Assembly (NCBI GenBank): GCA_964016885.1
Contig: OZ024743.1
Location: 313,472,001-313,536,000, forward strand
Direction of reading: 5' to 3'
DNA length: 64,000 nt
Origin: Eledone cirrhosa
Taxonomy: Eukaryota
Within the stretch, counting starts at the first letter, position 1. Each line of letters begins with the position of its first letter. A model generated the notes under the pieces. It was not told where the DNA came from, ran no database searches, and saw only the letters and a program-made list of their open reading frames with translations. This document shows, piece after piece, positions 62,910 to 64,000 of the stretch. The position numbers and the translations under genes were made by a program.

Positions 62910-62957
<48 letters not shown>

Positions 62958-63076
62958 CATATGCATATACATATACATACACATACACATATGACTATAT
63001 ATATATATGCACACATACACATATATATATATATATACATAAACGCATATATATATATTGTATATACATATATATT

Positions 63077-63120
<44 letters not shown>
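62645..63120. repeat. Complex (TA)/(CA) microsatellite field
   Basis: Directly visible; source of many spurious YIYI ORFs. Confidence 0.93.
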
Positions 63121-63122
<2 letters not shown>

Positions 63123-63129
63123 TACTTTA

Positions 63130-63458
63130 TATGGTGTGAAAGAAACTTGGTATAAGAGGGATAAGTTGTGGTGTGCTGGAGAGAAGGCTGAGATGGTATG
63201 GACATGTGATGCGCATGGAGGATGACCGCTGGGTAAAGAAGTGCCAATAAATCCCAGTAGAAGGAAGACGCTGTAGAGGTAGACCACGAAAAACATGGGC
63301 GGAGGTGGTGAGAGCAGACCTCAGATTACTGAAACTCACCGAGGAGATGACGAAGGACAGGGACAAGTGGAGAGATGCAGTGCTGAATAGGACCCGTCCC
63401 ACCCTTGCAACCAGGGAAAAGCGGACGTAAAATGATGATGATGATGATGATGATGATA
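63130..63458 (+). mobile_element. 3' end of an RTE LINE with (GAT)n tail
   Basis: [22 protein letters not shown]...RGRPRKTW...DRDKWR, then ggacgtaaaa(tga)n. Confidence 0.88.
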
Positions 63459-64000
63459 TATATATATACATATATTTTATATATTTTTTATGTTTTCCGG
63501 TAGTGGTCGTGTGTATGAGAGAGAGAGAGAGAGAGGGAGAGAGTGTGTGAGTGTTTGTGTGAGTGTGTGTATATGTGTGTTTCATTTCTTAAGTGGGGTT
63601 GAATATAAGAAACTGTGGTGTCGTAGTGTTGATGCCCGTAACATATGGTAAAATAAGTTTTAGCACAATAACATGCAACAAATATAACAACCATAATTGT
63701 AACAAAAACACGAATAACAACAGTAATAATACAGAAACAACAACAATCATAATATCGACGAGCCCATCAGTGTTCTTTTGAGAAAACTAAAAAAATAGAA
63801 TCCTTTGTTGACAGTCATAAAACATAGATGGGCAAGGCCGTACGGTTTTTGTTCTTGCAGTGTTAGCGATTTTTGTTGTCGTCAATGTGGTTTTGTGCCT
63901 GCAATTAAGCTGGCTAAATTCTCTGACGCATCCTACGGCAGAGATGGTGATCACCACGCATACTCGCACATACACCACAATAAATCAAGATGATAACTAC

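Overview
AT-rich eukaryotic (metazoan) DNA, dense in microsatellites, with no recognisable host gene. The tRNA-derived SINEs and LINE families resemble an octopus/cephalopod genome (inference). Nearly all coding signal comes from retroelements: three CR1-group LINE fragments, two near full-length and two partial L1/Tx1 elements, five R4/Dong-type (RLE) copies, RTE fragments and several Penelope-like elements (PLEs). Highlights: (1) A complete Neptune-type PLE (10711-21830) can be rebuilt once a nested Tx1 is removed. It has an extra upstream coiled-coil-like ORF1 joined to the RT/GIY-YIG ORF by an in-frame U_UUU_UUA -1 slippery site, and three minimal hammerhead ribozymes. (2) Further hammerhead motifs lie behind TATA boxes, one with a complete stem III at 10536-10586. 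(3) Two divergent Tx1 families share a phase-matched splice donor/acceptor pair across the ORF1/ORF2 spacer that would fuse the two ORFs. (4) A ~17 kb nest contains Dong and Tx1 elements sharing (TAA)n/(ATT)n microsatellites in opposite orientations. A 200-N assembly gap lies at 61134-61333. All calls were made by eye; no alignment or folding software was run.
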